Below are positions 1 through 11,785 of a DNA stretch of 64,000 bases, in pieces; within the stretch, counting starts at the first letter, position 1, and each line of letters opens with the position of its first letter. The notes beneath the pieces are model-generated. The model had not been told where the DNA came from. It ran no database searches and was given only the letters and a program-made list of their open reading frames with translations. The translations under genes and the position numbers were made by a program. The DNA is from Pseudomonadota bacterium (GTDB taxonomy: Bacteria; Pseudomonadota; Alphaproteobacteria; Rhizobiales; Devosiaceae): NCBI GenBank assembly GCA_023433775.1, contig JAEYTY010000151.1, positions 3,715 to 67,714 on the forward strand, in the 5' to 3' direction.

Positions 1-18
1 GAGGCAGGAGCACCAAGT

Positions 19-774
19 TTGTCCACGATATCACCGCTGATCGCCGGAAACTGGAAGATGAACGGGCACACCCAGAGCCTCGAGGAGCTGGCCGAACTGG
101 CGCGGCTGCTCACCACGGGCGAGGCTCCACGCGCTGTCGTCGTCGTCTGTCCCCCCGCAACTTTGCTATCCGCCGTGGCCGCCCAAGGCGCTTCGAGCGG
201 CATTCTGGCCGGCGGCCAGGATTGCCACGCCAAGCCCGAAGGCGCCCATACCGGCGACATTTCCGCCTCCCAGCTGGCCGATGCCGGCGCCCAATTCGTC
301 ATCGTCGGTCATTCCGAGCGTCGCTCGGACCATGGCGAAACCAACGAAACCGTCCGCGAAAAGGCCGAGGCCGCCATTGGCGCCGGCCTTCGCCCCATTA
401 TCTGTGTCGGCGAGAGCGAAGCTCAGCGCGATGCCGGTGAAGCTGAAGCGGTGGTCTCGGCCCAGCTTGCCGCCTCGATTCCCGACGCTGCCGGTCAGCA
501 CGAGGTTTTGGTCGCCTATGAGCCCATCTGGGCCATCGGTACCGGCCGCACGCCCACGCTCGACGAGATCGGCCAGATGCACGCGACCATCCGTGCCCGC
601 CTCAACGAGCGGTTTGGCCAGGAGCGTGGCGAAACCTTCCGCATTCTCTATGGCGGCTCGCTAAAGCCCCACAATGCCCGCGAAATCCTCAATGTCGAGC
701 ACGTCAATGGCGGCCTTGTGGGCGGCGCAAGCCTGCTCGCGCGGGACTTCTACACCATCATCTCGGCGGTCTAG
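19..774 (+). CDS. tpiA: Triosephosphate isomerase
   Basis: Motifs IAGNWKMNG, GHSERR, AYEPIWAIGTG, GGLVGGASL; TTG start; upstream of secG. Confidence 0.97.
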   Translation: MSTISPLIAGNWKMNGHTQSLEELAELARLLTTGEAPRAVVVVCPPATLLSAVAAQGASSGILAGGQDCHAKPEGAHTGDISASQLADAGAQFVIVGHSERRSDHGETNETVREKAEAAIGAGLRPIICVGESEAQRDAGEAEAVVSAQLAASIPDAAGQHEVLVAYEPIWAIGTGRTPTLDEIGQMHATIRARLNERFGQERGETFRILYGGSLKPHNAREILNVEHVNGGLVGGASLLARDFYTIISAV

Positions 775-981
775 TTGCCGCCCCGGTAAACCTTGCGGCA
801 AAAATCGCCGCAATCGGCTGGTATTTGCACGATGAGGGGTGTATGACCCCGCATCCTCTGGAGCGTTTTCGTCCAAGGTTCCGGCATTTCTATGCCGGGA
901 AAACGCTTCAATAAACATTCCTGGCGCTGCCTTCCTCCAAAAGCGGAAATCGGCGCCAGACTGAAGCGAAGACGAAGTTTC

Positions 982-1479
982 ATGGCCAATGTTCTGCTTG
1001 TCGCCTATCTTTTGATCGTCCTGGCGATGATTGTCGTCATTCTGATCCAGCGTTCCGAAGGCGGCGCGCTTGGTATCGGCGGCGGTAGCGGCGGCGGGCT
1101 GATGACCGCGCGCGGCTCGGCCAATCTCCTGACCCGCACCACGGCGATTCTGGCGACCCTGTTTTTCGCCTCGGCCATCGGCCTGACCATTCTGAGCGAA
1201 TTCGATCGCGGCAGCTCCACCATCCTCGATCGCGCTTCAAGCGCCCAGGATGGCCAGGCGCCGACCACCGTTCTTGATGCGCTTAACGCGCTTCAGGGCG
1301 ATGACACCAGCTCCGATCTGTTGCTGCCTGAAGCTGCACAGACCCCTGCCGATGCCGGCACGGCTTCCGATCTGCCAACGCCGGCAGCGCCCGCCGCGCC
1401 CGTCGAGGCGCCTGCTGCTGCCCCCGAGGCACCTGCCGCCGCGCCGGACGAAACGCCGTCCGCGCCGACAGGCAACTGA
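982..1479 (+). CDS. secG: Preprotein translocase subunit SecG with long Pro/Ala/acidic C-terminal tail
   Basis: ILIQRSEGGALG and NLLTRTTAILATLFF motifs, two hydrophobic segments; ATG at 982; tpiA-secG-pyrG synteny. Confidence 0.95.
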   Translation: MANVLLVAYLLIVLAMIVVILIQRSEGGALGIGGGSGGGLMTARGSANLLTRTTAILATLFFASAIGLTILSEFDRGSSTILDRASSAQDGQAPTTVLDALNALQGDDTSSDLLLPEAAQTPADAGTASDLPTPAAPAAPVEAPAAAPEAPAAAPDETPSAPTGN

Positions 1480-1583
1480 CCCGCCGCAAGGCAACCGAAA
1501 AAGGGGATGGCAACATCCCCTTCTTCTTTTTGTGTAGAGCGTCATTGCCGCTCTGCGAATCGTGACTGATTTGATTATGGTGA

Positions 1584-3218
<1,635 letters not shown>

Positions 3219-3220
3219 CT

Positions 3221-3991
3221 GTGAAGCTGAGAAGTAAAATCCCTGAACGTAAAGCGGCAGAGGTTTTATTTCTCAGTGATCATACTTGCTGCATCTGCCG
3301 GGAACGCGGCAAGTCCGTTCAAATTCATCACCTGAATGAAAATCCTGCTGACCACAGGCTGGAGAACTTGGCCGTCTTATGTCTGGAGGATCACGATCGC
3401 ACTCAGATACGTGGCGGATTTGGCAGACATTTGAAAGCGGAAGAGGTCATTTTATATCGAGATTCTTGGACTAAGCAGGTATCTCGACTACACGAGCGCT
3501 ATGCAGGCGGCTCGTTGGAGGCGATGCCCGAAGTAGATACACAGCCACGCTTACCGATTTCGCTGCTAGTTCCCTACATGGAATCGCTGCCTAGTCAGAG
3601 AACTAAGCTTTATGAAATTGCCCATCAAGGCTGGGACACTGGCATATCCAATTCGATGGACGAAGCTTCTAATGAGGTCGTTGTTGCCCTTCAGGAAATT
3701 TGGATTTACCTGGCAAGGTGGTACCCTCCCAATCATTTTGATCAACAGTCTCGTGAGGAATATATCCGGGCTTTTGTAGGCGATAGGTTCGTCTTTCACC
3801 GCGCGATATATCAGCCGGACGGCGAAGGCTCAGCGGGCACCATGATTGGACAGCTAGCTGCGGGTGGAGTTATGTCTGACCTCGAGACATTAATTGCAAA
3901 TACCGTTGAAGGACTGTGGTTTGCAAATACCATTGAGGGTATTGATTTGGTTGAATGGAGGCGGGTTTGGGCGCTTCCGATGGTGGATTAG
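3221..3991 (+). CDS. HNH endonuclease-domain protein with uncharacterised helical C-terminal region
   Basis: CCIC...IHHLNENPADHRLENLAVLCLEDHD is an HNH-type motif; GTG start 2 nt after pyrG stop; visibly more AT-rich than flanks. Confidence 0.7.
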   Translation: MKLRSKIPERKAAEVLFLSDHTCCICRERGKSVQIHHLNENPADHRLENLAVLCLEDHDRTQIRGGFGRHLKAEEVILYRDSWTKQVSRLHERYAGGSLEAMPEVDTQPRLPISLLVPYMESLPSQRTKLYEIAHQGWDTGISNSMDEASNEVVVALQEIWIYLARWYPPNHFDQQSREEYIRAFVGDRFVFHRAIYQPDGEGSAGTMIGQLAAGGVMSDLETLIANTVEGLWFANTIEGIDLVEWRRVWALPMVD

Positions 3992-3995
3992 AGCC

Positions 3996-4172
3996 GTGGC
4001 CGACATCATAAACCTCCGCACCGTCCGCAAGCAAAAGGCGCGCGCTGATAAGGAAAATACCGCCGAAGCTAATCGCCTGAAATTCGGCCGCACCAAAGGC
4101 GAAAAGCTCAAGCAGGCGGCCGAAAAGGCGCTGACCGAAAAGCATGTGGACGGGCACAAGCGCGACGAGTAG
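3996..4172 (+). CDS. DUF4169-family small basic protein
   Basis: MADIINLRTVRKQKAR...AEANRLKFGRTKGEK pattern; GTG start at 3996. Confidence 0.75.
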   Translation: MADIINLRTVRKQKARADKENTAEANRLKFGRTKGEKLKQAAEKALTEKHVDGHKRDE

Positions 4173-4207
4173 CGCCTTGGTACTGGCGGCCCGTGCTGCC
4201 GTTGGGG

Positions 4208-4615
4208 TTAGCGGAACGTCGTCACATAGACCGACGTGCCACGATTACCGCGCCCGTATATATCCACTTGGATCAGGACATCGCCCCCAACAATTTCGCG
4301 TGCTGCCGCGTTCGAAATCTGTCCATTTTTCAGCATCTGCTCCATCACCGCACGATTGTCGGCACTGTCAAAAAAGCTGTCGCCCTCATCGCCGCGGTCT
4401 CTCAGCCCATAGCGATGGTAATTTGCGCGATCCTGGCGAATGATCTGCCAAGGCTGTTTTAGCCGCTGGCCGTTCGAATTGTAGAGATCATCCGGGCCGA
4501 TATAGGCCGTATAGGTTTCTAGCAAAGTCTCGCCCATCCCCGAGACGATGGCGGATTGCGCTGATACCGGCATTGCACAGATCGTCATCAAAAGACCGAC
4601 TGCAAGACGCTTCAT
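4208..4615 (-). CDS. Hypothetical exported protein
   Basis: Signal-peptide-like N-terminus (MKRLAVGLLMTICAMPVSA), GGAGG RBS upstream. Confidence 0.7.
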   Translation of the reverse strand: MKRLAVGLLMTICAMPVSAQSAIVSGMGETLLETYTAYIGPDDLYNSNGQRLKQPWQIIRQDRANYHRYGLRDRGDEGDSFFDSADNRAVMEQMLKNGQISNAAAREIVGGDVLIQVDIYGRGNRGTSVYVTTFR

Positions 4616-4681
4616 TTTCGATTGCCTCCAAACTGAATGGTATTGGAATACTGGCGTATGCTTGGCGGCAACCCGCCAGCG

Positions 4682-5113
4682 TCACCAGTCGACCTGGCAG
4701 TCCACGCCTTCGGGGCCAAACTGCATACTGTCCGCGGTGTACTGGAAAATTTCCAGCTTCACCCCGCTGGGGTCGGCCAGCCAGCACTGCCACGTATGGT
4801 CGACGCCCAGCTTCTTGTCGGTCACTGTCACGCCCTTGGCGCGGGCATTGGCGATGAAGCCGTCGATGTCGTCGGTTTCAAAGCAGATATGGTTGATCTG
4901 GTCCGCCTCGGAAAACCGCGACTCGCCCTTCCTGAACACTTCGACAAAGGTGCGATTGCCAAAATCGAGATAGAACCCGATCCGGTCTTCGCCCCGCTTG
5001 AAATCGAATTTCGGCGTCACGCCGGTCACATCGCGGTAAAATGCCTCCACGGCGTCAAGGTCGCGGGCGAAAATGCAGGTGTGGGCCACCTGTCTGACGA
5101 GGGCTTTGCTCAA
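4682..5113 (-). CDS. VOC/glyoxalase family protein
   Basis: HTCIFARDLDAVEAFY, INHICFETDDID, LADPSGVKLE motifs. Confidence 0.88.
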   Translation of the reverse strand: MSKALVRQVAHTCIFARDLDAVEAFYRDVTGVTPKFDFKRGEDRIGFYLDFGNRTFVEVFRKGESRFSEADQINHICFETDDIDGFIANARAKGVTVTDKKLGVDHTWQCWLADPSGVKLEIFQYTADSMQFGPEGVDCQVDW

Positions 5114-5162
5114 CTTCTATCCTCTGGATATGCGGGCCGGACGGCCATTGCTGACATGTTAG

Positions 5163-6584
<1,422 letters not shown>

Positions 6585-6603
6585 GTTTCGACGCATAGAA
6601 TGC

Positions 6604-6634
6604 AAAAGCCCGGTGATGACACCGGGCTTTTTTT
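6604..6634. terminator. Bidirectional intrinsic terminator between convergent eno and amn
   Basis: AAAAGCCCGGTG-ATGA-CACCGGGCTTTTTTT hairpin with A and T tracts. Confidence 0.85.
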
Positions 6635-6659
6635 ATGCGCTCTGGTTCGGCCATTTGCC

Positions 6660-8135
6660 CTACTGGAACGCCGTCTCCGCAAAGCTCCTGAGCTTGCGTG
6701 AATGCAGCCGTTCCACCGGCTGGTCCCGCAAAATCTCCATGGCGCGCAGCCCGACCTGCAAATGCCGGTTGACCTGCGTGCGATAAAAATCCGAAGCCAT
6801 GCCCGGCAGTTTCAGCTCGCCATGCAGCGGCTTGTCCGACACACAGAGCAGCGTCCCATAGGGCACGCGGAAGCGGAAGCCGTTGGCCGCGATGGTCGCG
6901 CTCTCCATGTCCAGCGCCACCGCGCGCGACTGGCTGAGCTGGCGCACCACTTCGGTCTGATCCCACAATTCCCAGTTGCGGTTGTCAAAGGTGGCCACCG
7001 TGCCGGTGCGCATGATCTTCTTGGTTTCGATGCCCGCCGTCTGGGTCACTTCCTCCACCGCTTGCTCCAGTGCCACCTGCACTTCGGCCAGCGCCGGGAT
7101 GGGCACGGAAAGCGGCAGGTCTGCGTCCAGCACATGGTCCTCGCGCACATAGGCGTGCGCCAGCACATAGTCGCCCAGCTCCTGGCTGTTCCGCAGGCCG
7201 GCGCAATGGCCCAGCATGATCCAGGCATGGGGGCGCAGCACGGCGATATGGTCGGTGATCGTCTTGGCGTTGGATGGGCCCACGCCGATATTGACCATGG
7301 TAATCCCGCGCCCGCGCTCGCCCACCAGATGATATGCTGGCATCTGCGGCGCCCGCGGCGGAGGCTCACCGGTAATGCCGCCGCCGGTCAGCATATTGTC
7401 GGTCGACACATTGCCCGGCTCGATAAAGCGCAGGTAATGCGGATGCTTTTCGTTCATCCAGCCTTTGGCGATGCGGCAGAACTCGTCGATATAGAACTGG
7501 TAATTGGTGAAGATCACGAAGTTCTGGAAATGGTCGGCATCCGTGCCGGTATAATGGGCCAGCCGGAACAGCGAATAGTCCACGCGCGGCGCGGTGAACG
7601 CCGATAGTGGATAGGGCCCGCCACGCGGCGGCACATAGGTGCCATTGGCAATTTCGTCATCGGTATTGGCGAGATCCGGCGCGTCAAAAACATCGCGCAG
7701 CGGCACATCAAGCGCATTGATCGCCGCGCCATCGAGATGGTCGCGCGGCCCCAGCGCAAAATGCAGCGGGATCGGGGTTTCCGACTCGCCCACGTCAATC
7801 GTGCCGCCATGATTGCTGAGCAGCACGGCAAACTGTTCCTGCAGATAGCCCTTGAACAGATCTGGCGCCGTTACTGTGGTGCGGTAAAGCCCGGGCGTAT
7901 GCAGATAGCCATAGGGCAGGGTGCTTTCATGCTTGGAATAGCTGGTCGAGCGCACTTCCACCTGGGGGTAAAAAGCCCGCACCCGGCCTGAGGGCACCTG
8001 GCCCTTGGTCAGCGAATTGAGATGGTCCCGGATAAAGGCGCAGTTGCGGTGATAGATATGGGCGATATGGCTCCAGGCCGCCTCCGGATCGGTGAAGGAT
8101 TGCTTCTCAAGTCGGGGTGGGGAAAGTGTACTCAT
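6660..8135 (-). CDS. amn: AMP nucleosidase
   Basis: RVDYSLFRLAHYTGT, FTNYQFY, NIGVGPSNAKTITDHIAVLRP, LDMESATIA motifs. Confidence 0.97.
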   Translation of the reverse strand: MSTLSPPRLEKQSFTDPEAAWSHIAHIYHRNCAFIRDHLNSLTKGQVPSGRVRAFYPQVEVRSTSYSKHESTLPYGYLHTPGLYRTTVTAPDLFKGYLQEQFAVLLSNHGGTIDVGESETPIPLHFALGPRDHLDGAAINALDVPLRDVFDAPDLANTDDEIANGTYVPPRGGPYPLSAFTAPRVDYSLFRLAHYTGTDADHFQNFVIFTNYQFYIDEFCRIAKGWMNEKHPHYLRFIEPGNVSTDNMLTGGGITGEPPPRAPQMPAYHLVGERGRGITMVNIGVGPSNAKTITDHIAVLRPHAWIMLGHCAGLRNSQELGDYVLAHAYVREDHVLDADLPLSVPIPALAEVQVALEQAVEEVTQTAGIETKKIMRTGTVATFDNRNWELWDQTEVVRQLSQSRAVALDMESATIAANGFRFRVPYGTLLCVSDKPLHGELKLPGMASDFYRTQVNRHLQVGLRAMEILRDQPVERLHSRKLRSFAETAFQ

Positions 8136-8507
8136 ATCGGTCCTCGTCTATCGGCCCGCGGATCGGGCCGCCGCATTGGTTGTGGAATCGCGTCTGTTTC
8201 TGCCCTGATTATAGCGGGCAGATGACGTTTTCGCTCTAGTGTCGTTTCGTCCGCATTCCACCAGTGGTTTTAGCGGCTTTGCAGCCCCTTCACACTTCGG
8301 TGAGCTCACTTTTCCTGCCGCAATTACCCACCATCTTTTATTCAGTTCATCGGAGACGCAAACGACCCATGCACCGATGAGCAGGGTACGGTTCGCTGCT
8401 TGTCCCCCAAGCCCTCAACAGCGCAGCGGGGCCGCATCCCCAAGGAGGCCGTCCGGCAGAAACGCCGGGCGGCCTTTCGCTTACGCAGGCCTGCGCGATC
8501 TCAAACC

Positions 8508-9116
8508 TCAGGGGCTAGTATAGTCGAGCACTGTTTCTGGATTGATCTCGCCATCATAGCTGGCGTCGATATCGTATCGGACAAGGGCGAATTCGCCGTC
8601 GTTGAATATCCAGGTCCCCGACGAGCTCGCGTCGCCAATGCCGCGCCAATAGGAATGGGCGCTGATCGTGCCGGTTTCGGAATCGAATTCTGAATTGACC
8701 AGGATCAGGCTCGAGGACATGCCGGTGACGGTCAGGCTTTCGAGCGCGCTGTCGATGCTGTCGTCCTCGGCATATTTCGCCTCGAAGCTGGGATTGGCGA
8801 AGGCCAGTGGCGTCAGCCCGTCATAATCGCGATTGATGTAATAGGCGTGCTGGACATTATAGGCGCCGGAGCCACAGAAAATGCGGATCAGCGTGACGGT
8901 TTCTTCCTCCGCGTCCGCGCTCCAGCTGGGCTTGTAGGTGAGGTCCCATTGCAAATAGGCGTCTTCGGGCACGAAGCTGCCCTCGAAAAGCTCGCAATTG
9001 GTGCCGCCGGCCAGCGCATGCAGCGCTCGCGCCTGCGTTTCCAGCGAGGCGTCCTGCGCCAGGGCAGGGGTCGCACAAAGCGCTGCTAGCGACAGCCAAA
9101 GCAATGGACGGATCAT
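8508..9116 (-). CDS. DUF1176-like exported protein
   Basis: Signal peptide; CGSGAYN, LVNSEFD and RGIGD...W...GEF.L motifs. Confidence 0.7.
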   Translation of the reverse strand: MIRPLLWLSLAALCATPALAQDASLETQARALHALAGGTNCELFEGSFVPEDAYLQWDLTYKPSWSADAEEETVTLIRIFCGSGAYNVQHAYYINRDYDGLTPLAFANPSFEAKYAEDDSIDSALESLTVTGMSSSLILVNSEFDSETGTISAHSYWRGIGDASSSGTWIFNDGEFALVRYDIDASYDGEINPETVLDYTSP

Positions 9117-9190
9117 TTCTCTTCCCTTATGTCGAAACCCGAACGCGGGAGCGATTTCCCGCGCCTCAATTCAAGCAGATCGAGGCCGAT

Positions 9191-10093
9191 ATGACCGCAA
9201 AAATCATCGACGGAAAACTCTTTGCCGAGAATCTGCGCGCCTCCATTGCCGGCCACGTCGCCCGTCTGAAAGCCGATCACGGCATCACCCCCGGGCTCGC
9301 GGTGGTCATTGTCGGCCACGACCCGGCCAGCCAGGTCTATGTCTCCAACAAGGCCAAGCAGACCGCCGAAGTGGGGATGAATTCTTTTAAGCACGAACTG
9401 CCCGAAGACATTTCCGAGGCCGACCTGCTGGCGCTGGTGCACAAGCTCAATGCCGATCCAGCCGTGCACGGCATTCTCGTTCAGATGCCGGTGCCCAAGC
9501 ATATCGACCCCAACAAGGTCATCGAAGCCATCGAACCCAGCAAGGACGTCGATTGCTTCACGCCTGCCAATGTCGGCAAGGTGCAGATCGGCCTGCCGGG
9601 CCCTGTCTCCTGCACGCCGCTCGGCTGCCTCATGCTGCTGCGCGATCAACTCGGCAGCCTTGAAGGCAAGCACGCCGTCATCATTGGCCGCTCCAATCTC
9701 GTCGGCAAGCCGATGATGCAGCTGCTGTTGCGCGACAATTGCACCGTCACCGTCGCCCATTCGCGCACAAAAGATCTCGCCAGCGTCGTCCGCCAGGCCG
9801 ATATTGTCGTTGCCGCCGTTGGCCGCCCCGAAATGGTCCGTGGCGACTGGATCAAGCCGGGTGCCGTTGTCATCGATGTCGGTATCAATCGTATTCCCGC
9901 GCCTGAGCGCGGCGAGGGCAAGACGCGCCTTGTGGGCGATGTCGCCTATGCCGAAGCCGCCGAAGTCGCTGGCGCCATCACCCCCGTGCCGGGCGGCGTT
10001 GGCCCCATGACCATTGCCTGCCTCCTGGCCAATACCATCACTACGGCCTCGCTGATCAATGGACTCGTGCCCCCCAGCGACCTCACCGCATGA
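9191..10093 (+). CDS. folD: Methylenetetrahydrofolate dehydrogenase/cyclohydrolase
   Basis: [36 protein letters not shown] motifs; ATG at 9191. Confidence 0.98.
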   Translation: MTAKIIDGKLFAENLRASIAGHVARLKADHGITPGLAVVIVGHDPASQVYVSNKAKQTAEVGMNSFKHELPEDISEADLLALVHKLNADPAVHGILVQMPVPKHIDPNKVIEAIEPSKDVDCFTPANVGKVQIGLPGPVSCTPLGCLMLLRDQLGSLEGKHAVIIGRSNLVGKPMMQLLLRDNCTVTVAHSRTKDLASVVRQADIVVAAVGRPEMVRGDWIKPGAVVIDVGINRIPAPERGEGKTRLVGDVAYAEAAEVAGAITPVPGGVGPMTIACLLANTITTASLINGLVPPSDLTA

Positions 10094-10638
10094 GTGCTGA
10101 CGCTCACGATCCGGGTGGCAAGGTGCGCTTGCGCCTCGGCGAAGGTGTGCGCGGCGACGCCGTCATGAGCGCCGATGGCCGCTACCGCCAGATCATGCGC
10201 CGCTGGCTGGGCGACGCATTTCCCCCGGACTACATCCTCTTCATCGGCATGAACCCGTCGACCGCCGATGCGACCGTGGATGACCCGACCTGCGCCCGCG
10301 AGTGGACCTTCGCCCGCCGCGAGGGCTTTTCGGCGATGGTCAAATGCAATGTCGGAGATTATCGCGCCACCAATCCCAAAATGCTGCTGCAGCCGGGCAT
10401 GGTCGCCGTGTCCGAGGCCAATATTCCCGCCATCCGCGCCGCCGCGAGCGGGGCAGGGCGCATTGTCCTCTGTCACGGCAAACTCAACAAGGCTCTGGCA
10501 CCCGCCGGCCGCGAACTTGTTGCTGTCTTGCGCTCGGATGGCCACGCTCTCTGGTGCTTCGGCACCAATGCCGATGGCTCGCCAAAGCATCCGCTCTATC
10601 TGCGGTCTGACACCCAATTGGTGCCATTTCCAAGCTGA
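10090..10638 (+). CDS. DUF1643 domain protein
   Basis: [15 protein letters not shown]...DDPT, G.PKHPLY motifs; ATGA overlap with folD. Confidence 0.85.
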   Translation: MSADAHDPGGKVRLRLGEGVRGDAVMSADGRYRQIMRRWLGDAFPPDYILFIGMNPSTADATVDDPTCAREWTFARREGFSAMVKCNVGDYRATNPKMLLQPGMVAVSEANIPAIRAAASGAGRIVLCHGKLNKALAPAGRELVAVLRSDGHALWCFGTNADGSPKHPLYLRSDTQLVPFPS

Positions 10639-10729
10639 TCACATTTATTGCGTTTCAATCACAATTTGGAACCAACCAGCGCCTCAACTCTTTGTCCCTC
10701 TACGCAGACCTACGCGTTGAGGCAACAAA

Positions 10730-11323
10730 TTGCAGACACAGATCAAGTACATACTCGGCATTGCCGGGGCGCTTCTTGCTGTGCAAGGCGCAGCCGCGCA
10801 GTCCGACAGGGACCAGAACACCTTTGTGTTCGGCGGGCGCTATACCAACCAATATATCGAGAACGCCCTCAACCCGTTCACCGTAGGTTACGAGAACAAC
10901 TATGTTGTCGGCGCGGGATATCAGGAATTTTTCCTCGGCGAGGACGGTGGCCTGAAACTCGGCGGTGAAGTCGGCGCGGCCCTGCGCATGGGTAACCAGA
11001 CCTCGACCGAAATCTGGGTCGGCCCGGTGCTGCGCGCCGATGGCCTCATCCAGACCGATCACGTGAAGATTTCCCTCAGCGCCACCGCTGGCCTGTCACT
11101 GACCAGCGATACCATCGGCATCGAGGCACAGCGCGAGCGCGAAACCAATGGCGACACCACTCTGCTCTACTATTTCGGTCCTGAGCTCAGCGTGGCCAGC
11201 ACAGACGATCCGGATCTGGAATTCTTCTGGCGCCTGCATCACCGCTCGGGTGGTGGCGGCACATTGGGCGGCCTTCGCGATGGCGCCAACGCCACGGCCC
11301 TCGGCGTTCGCCTGCATTTCTAG
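10730..11323 (+). CDS. Outer-membrane beta-barrel protein, possibly PagL/acyloxyacyl hydrolase-like
   Basis: Signal peptide, amphipathic strands, RLHHRSG motif, C-terminal Phe. Confidence 0.55.
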   Translation: MQTQIKYILGIAGALLAVQGAAAQSDRDQNTFVFGGRYTNQYIENALNPFTVGYENNYVVGAGYQEFFLGEDGGLKLGGEVGAALRMGNQTSTEIWVGPVLRADGLIQTDHVKISLSATAGLSLTSDTIGIEAQRERETNGDTTLLYYFGPELSVASTDDPDLEFFWRLHHRSGGGGTLGGLRDGANATALGVRLHF

Positions 11324-11326
11324 GCG

Positions 11327-11689
11327 CTACGCGCTTCCCACGAGATAAAACCGCCGCGCCACAATGTGGTCACGCAGCGCCTGTGCTGGAAGTTTTCCAG
11401 TCAGCGCCGCGATGACCTGCGCCGTATCGGGTGATGCACTCGCATCCACCATCACGCTGGTGAATTCGGGTCGCAGACCCTGCCGCACGCCTTCGAGCAG
11501 ATCGTGCAGGAGCGCCCGCACATCCGTGCGCGCCACACAGGCAATGCAGTGCTGTCCATCCTCATGCCCGTGCCCCGAATTAGCCGGAAGCCGGATCAGG
11601 GCTGTGTCGGGTCCAAGCGCCATTAAATGGCCCGGCTCGGTGACGAGAGTGACGGGGATTGGATCGGCTTTGGAAATAGTCGCGTCCAT
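11327..11689 (-). CDS. Small hypothetical protein resembling the central metal-binding part of CobW/G3E GTPases
   Basis: HGHEDGQHCIAC His/Cys motif followed by R.D...LL.DLL...F..VMVDAS; lies downstream of metH. Confidence 0.45.
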   Translation of the reverse strand: MDATISKADPIPVTLVTEPGHLMALGPDTALIRLPANSGHGHEDGQHCIACVARTDVRALLHDLLEGVRQGLRPEFTSVMVDASASPDTAQVIAALTGKLPAQALRDHIVARRFYLVGSA

Positions 11690-11695
11690 CACTAT

Positions 11696-11771
11696 GTCAT
11701 TCCCGCGAAAACGGGAACCTCCGTTTCCTTTGCCATGATGCAAACAGGGTTCCCGCTTTCGCGGGAATGAC
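11696..11771. repeat. Palindromic intergenic (REP/RPE-like) element
   Basis: Perfect 15-bp inverted repeats GTCATTCCCGCGAAA (11696-11710) and TTTCGCGGGAATGAC (11757-11771), each arm with an internal TTCCCG..CGGGAA hairpin. Confidence 0.8.
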
Positions 11772-11785
11772 TCCCTGGTCCCACC

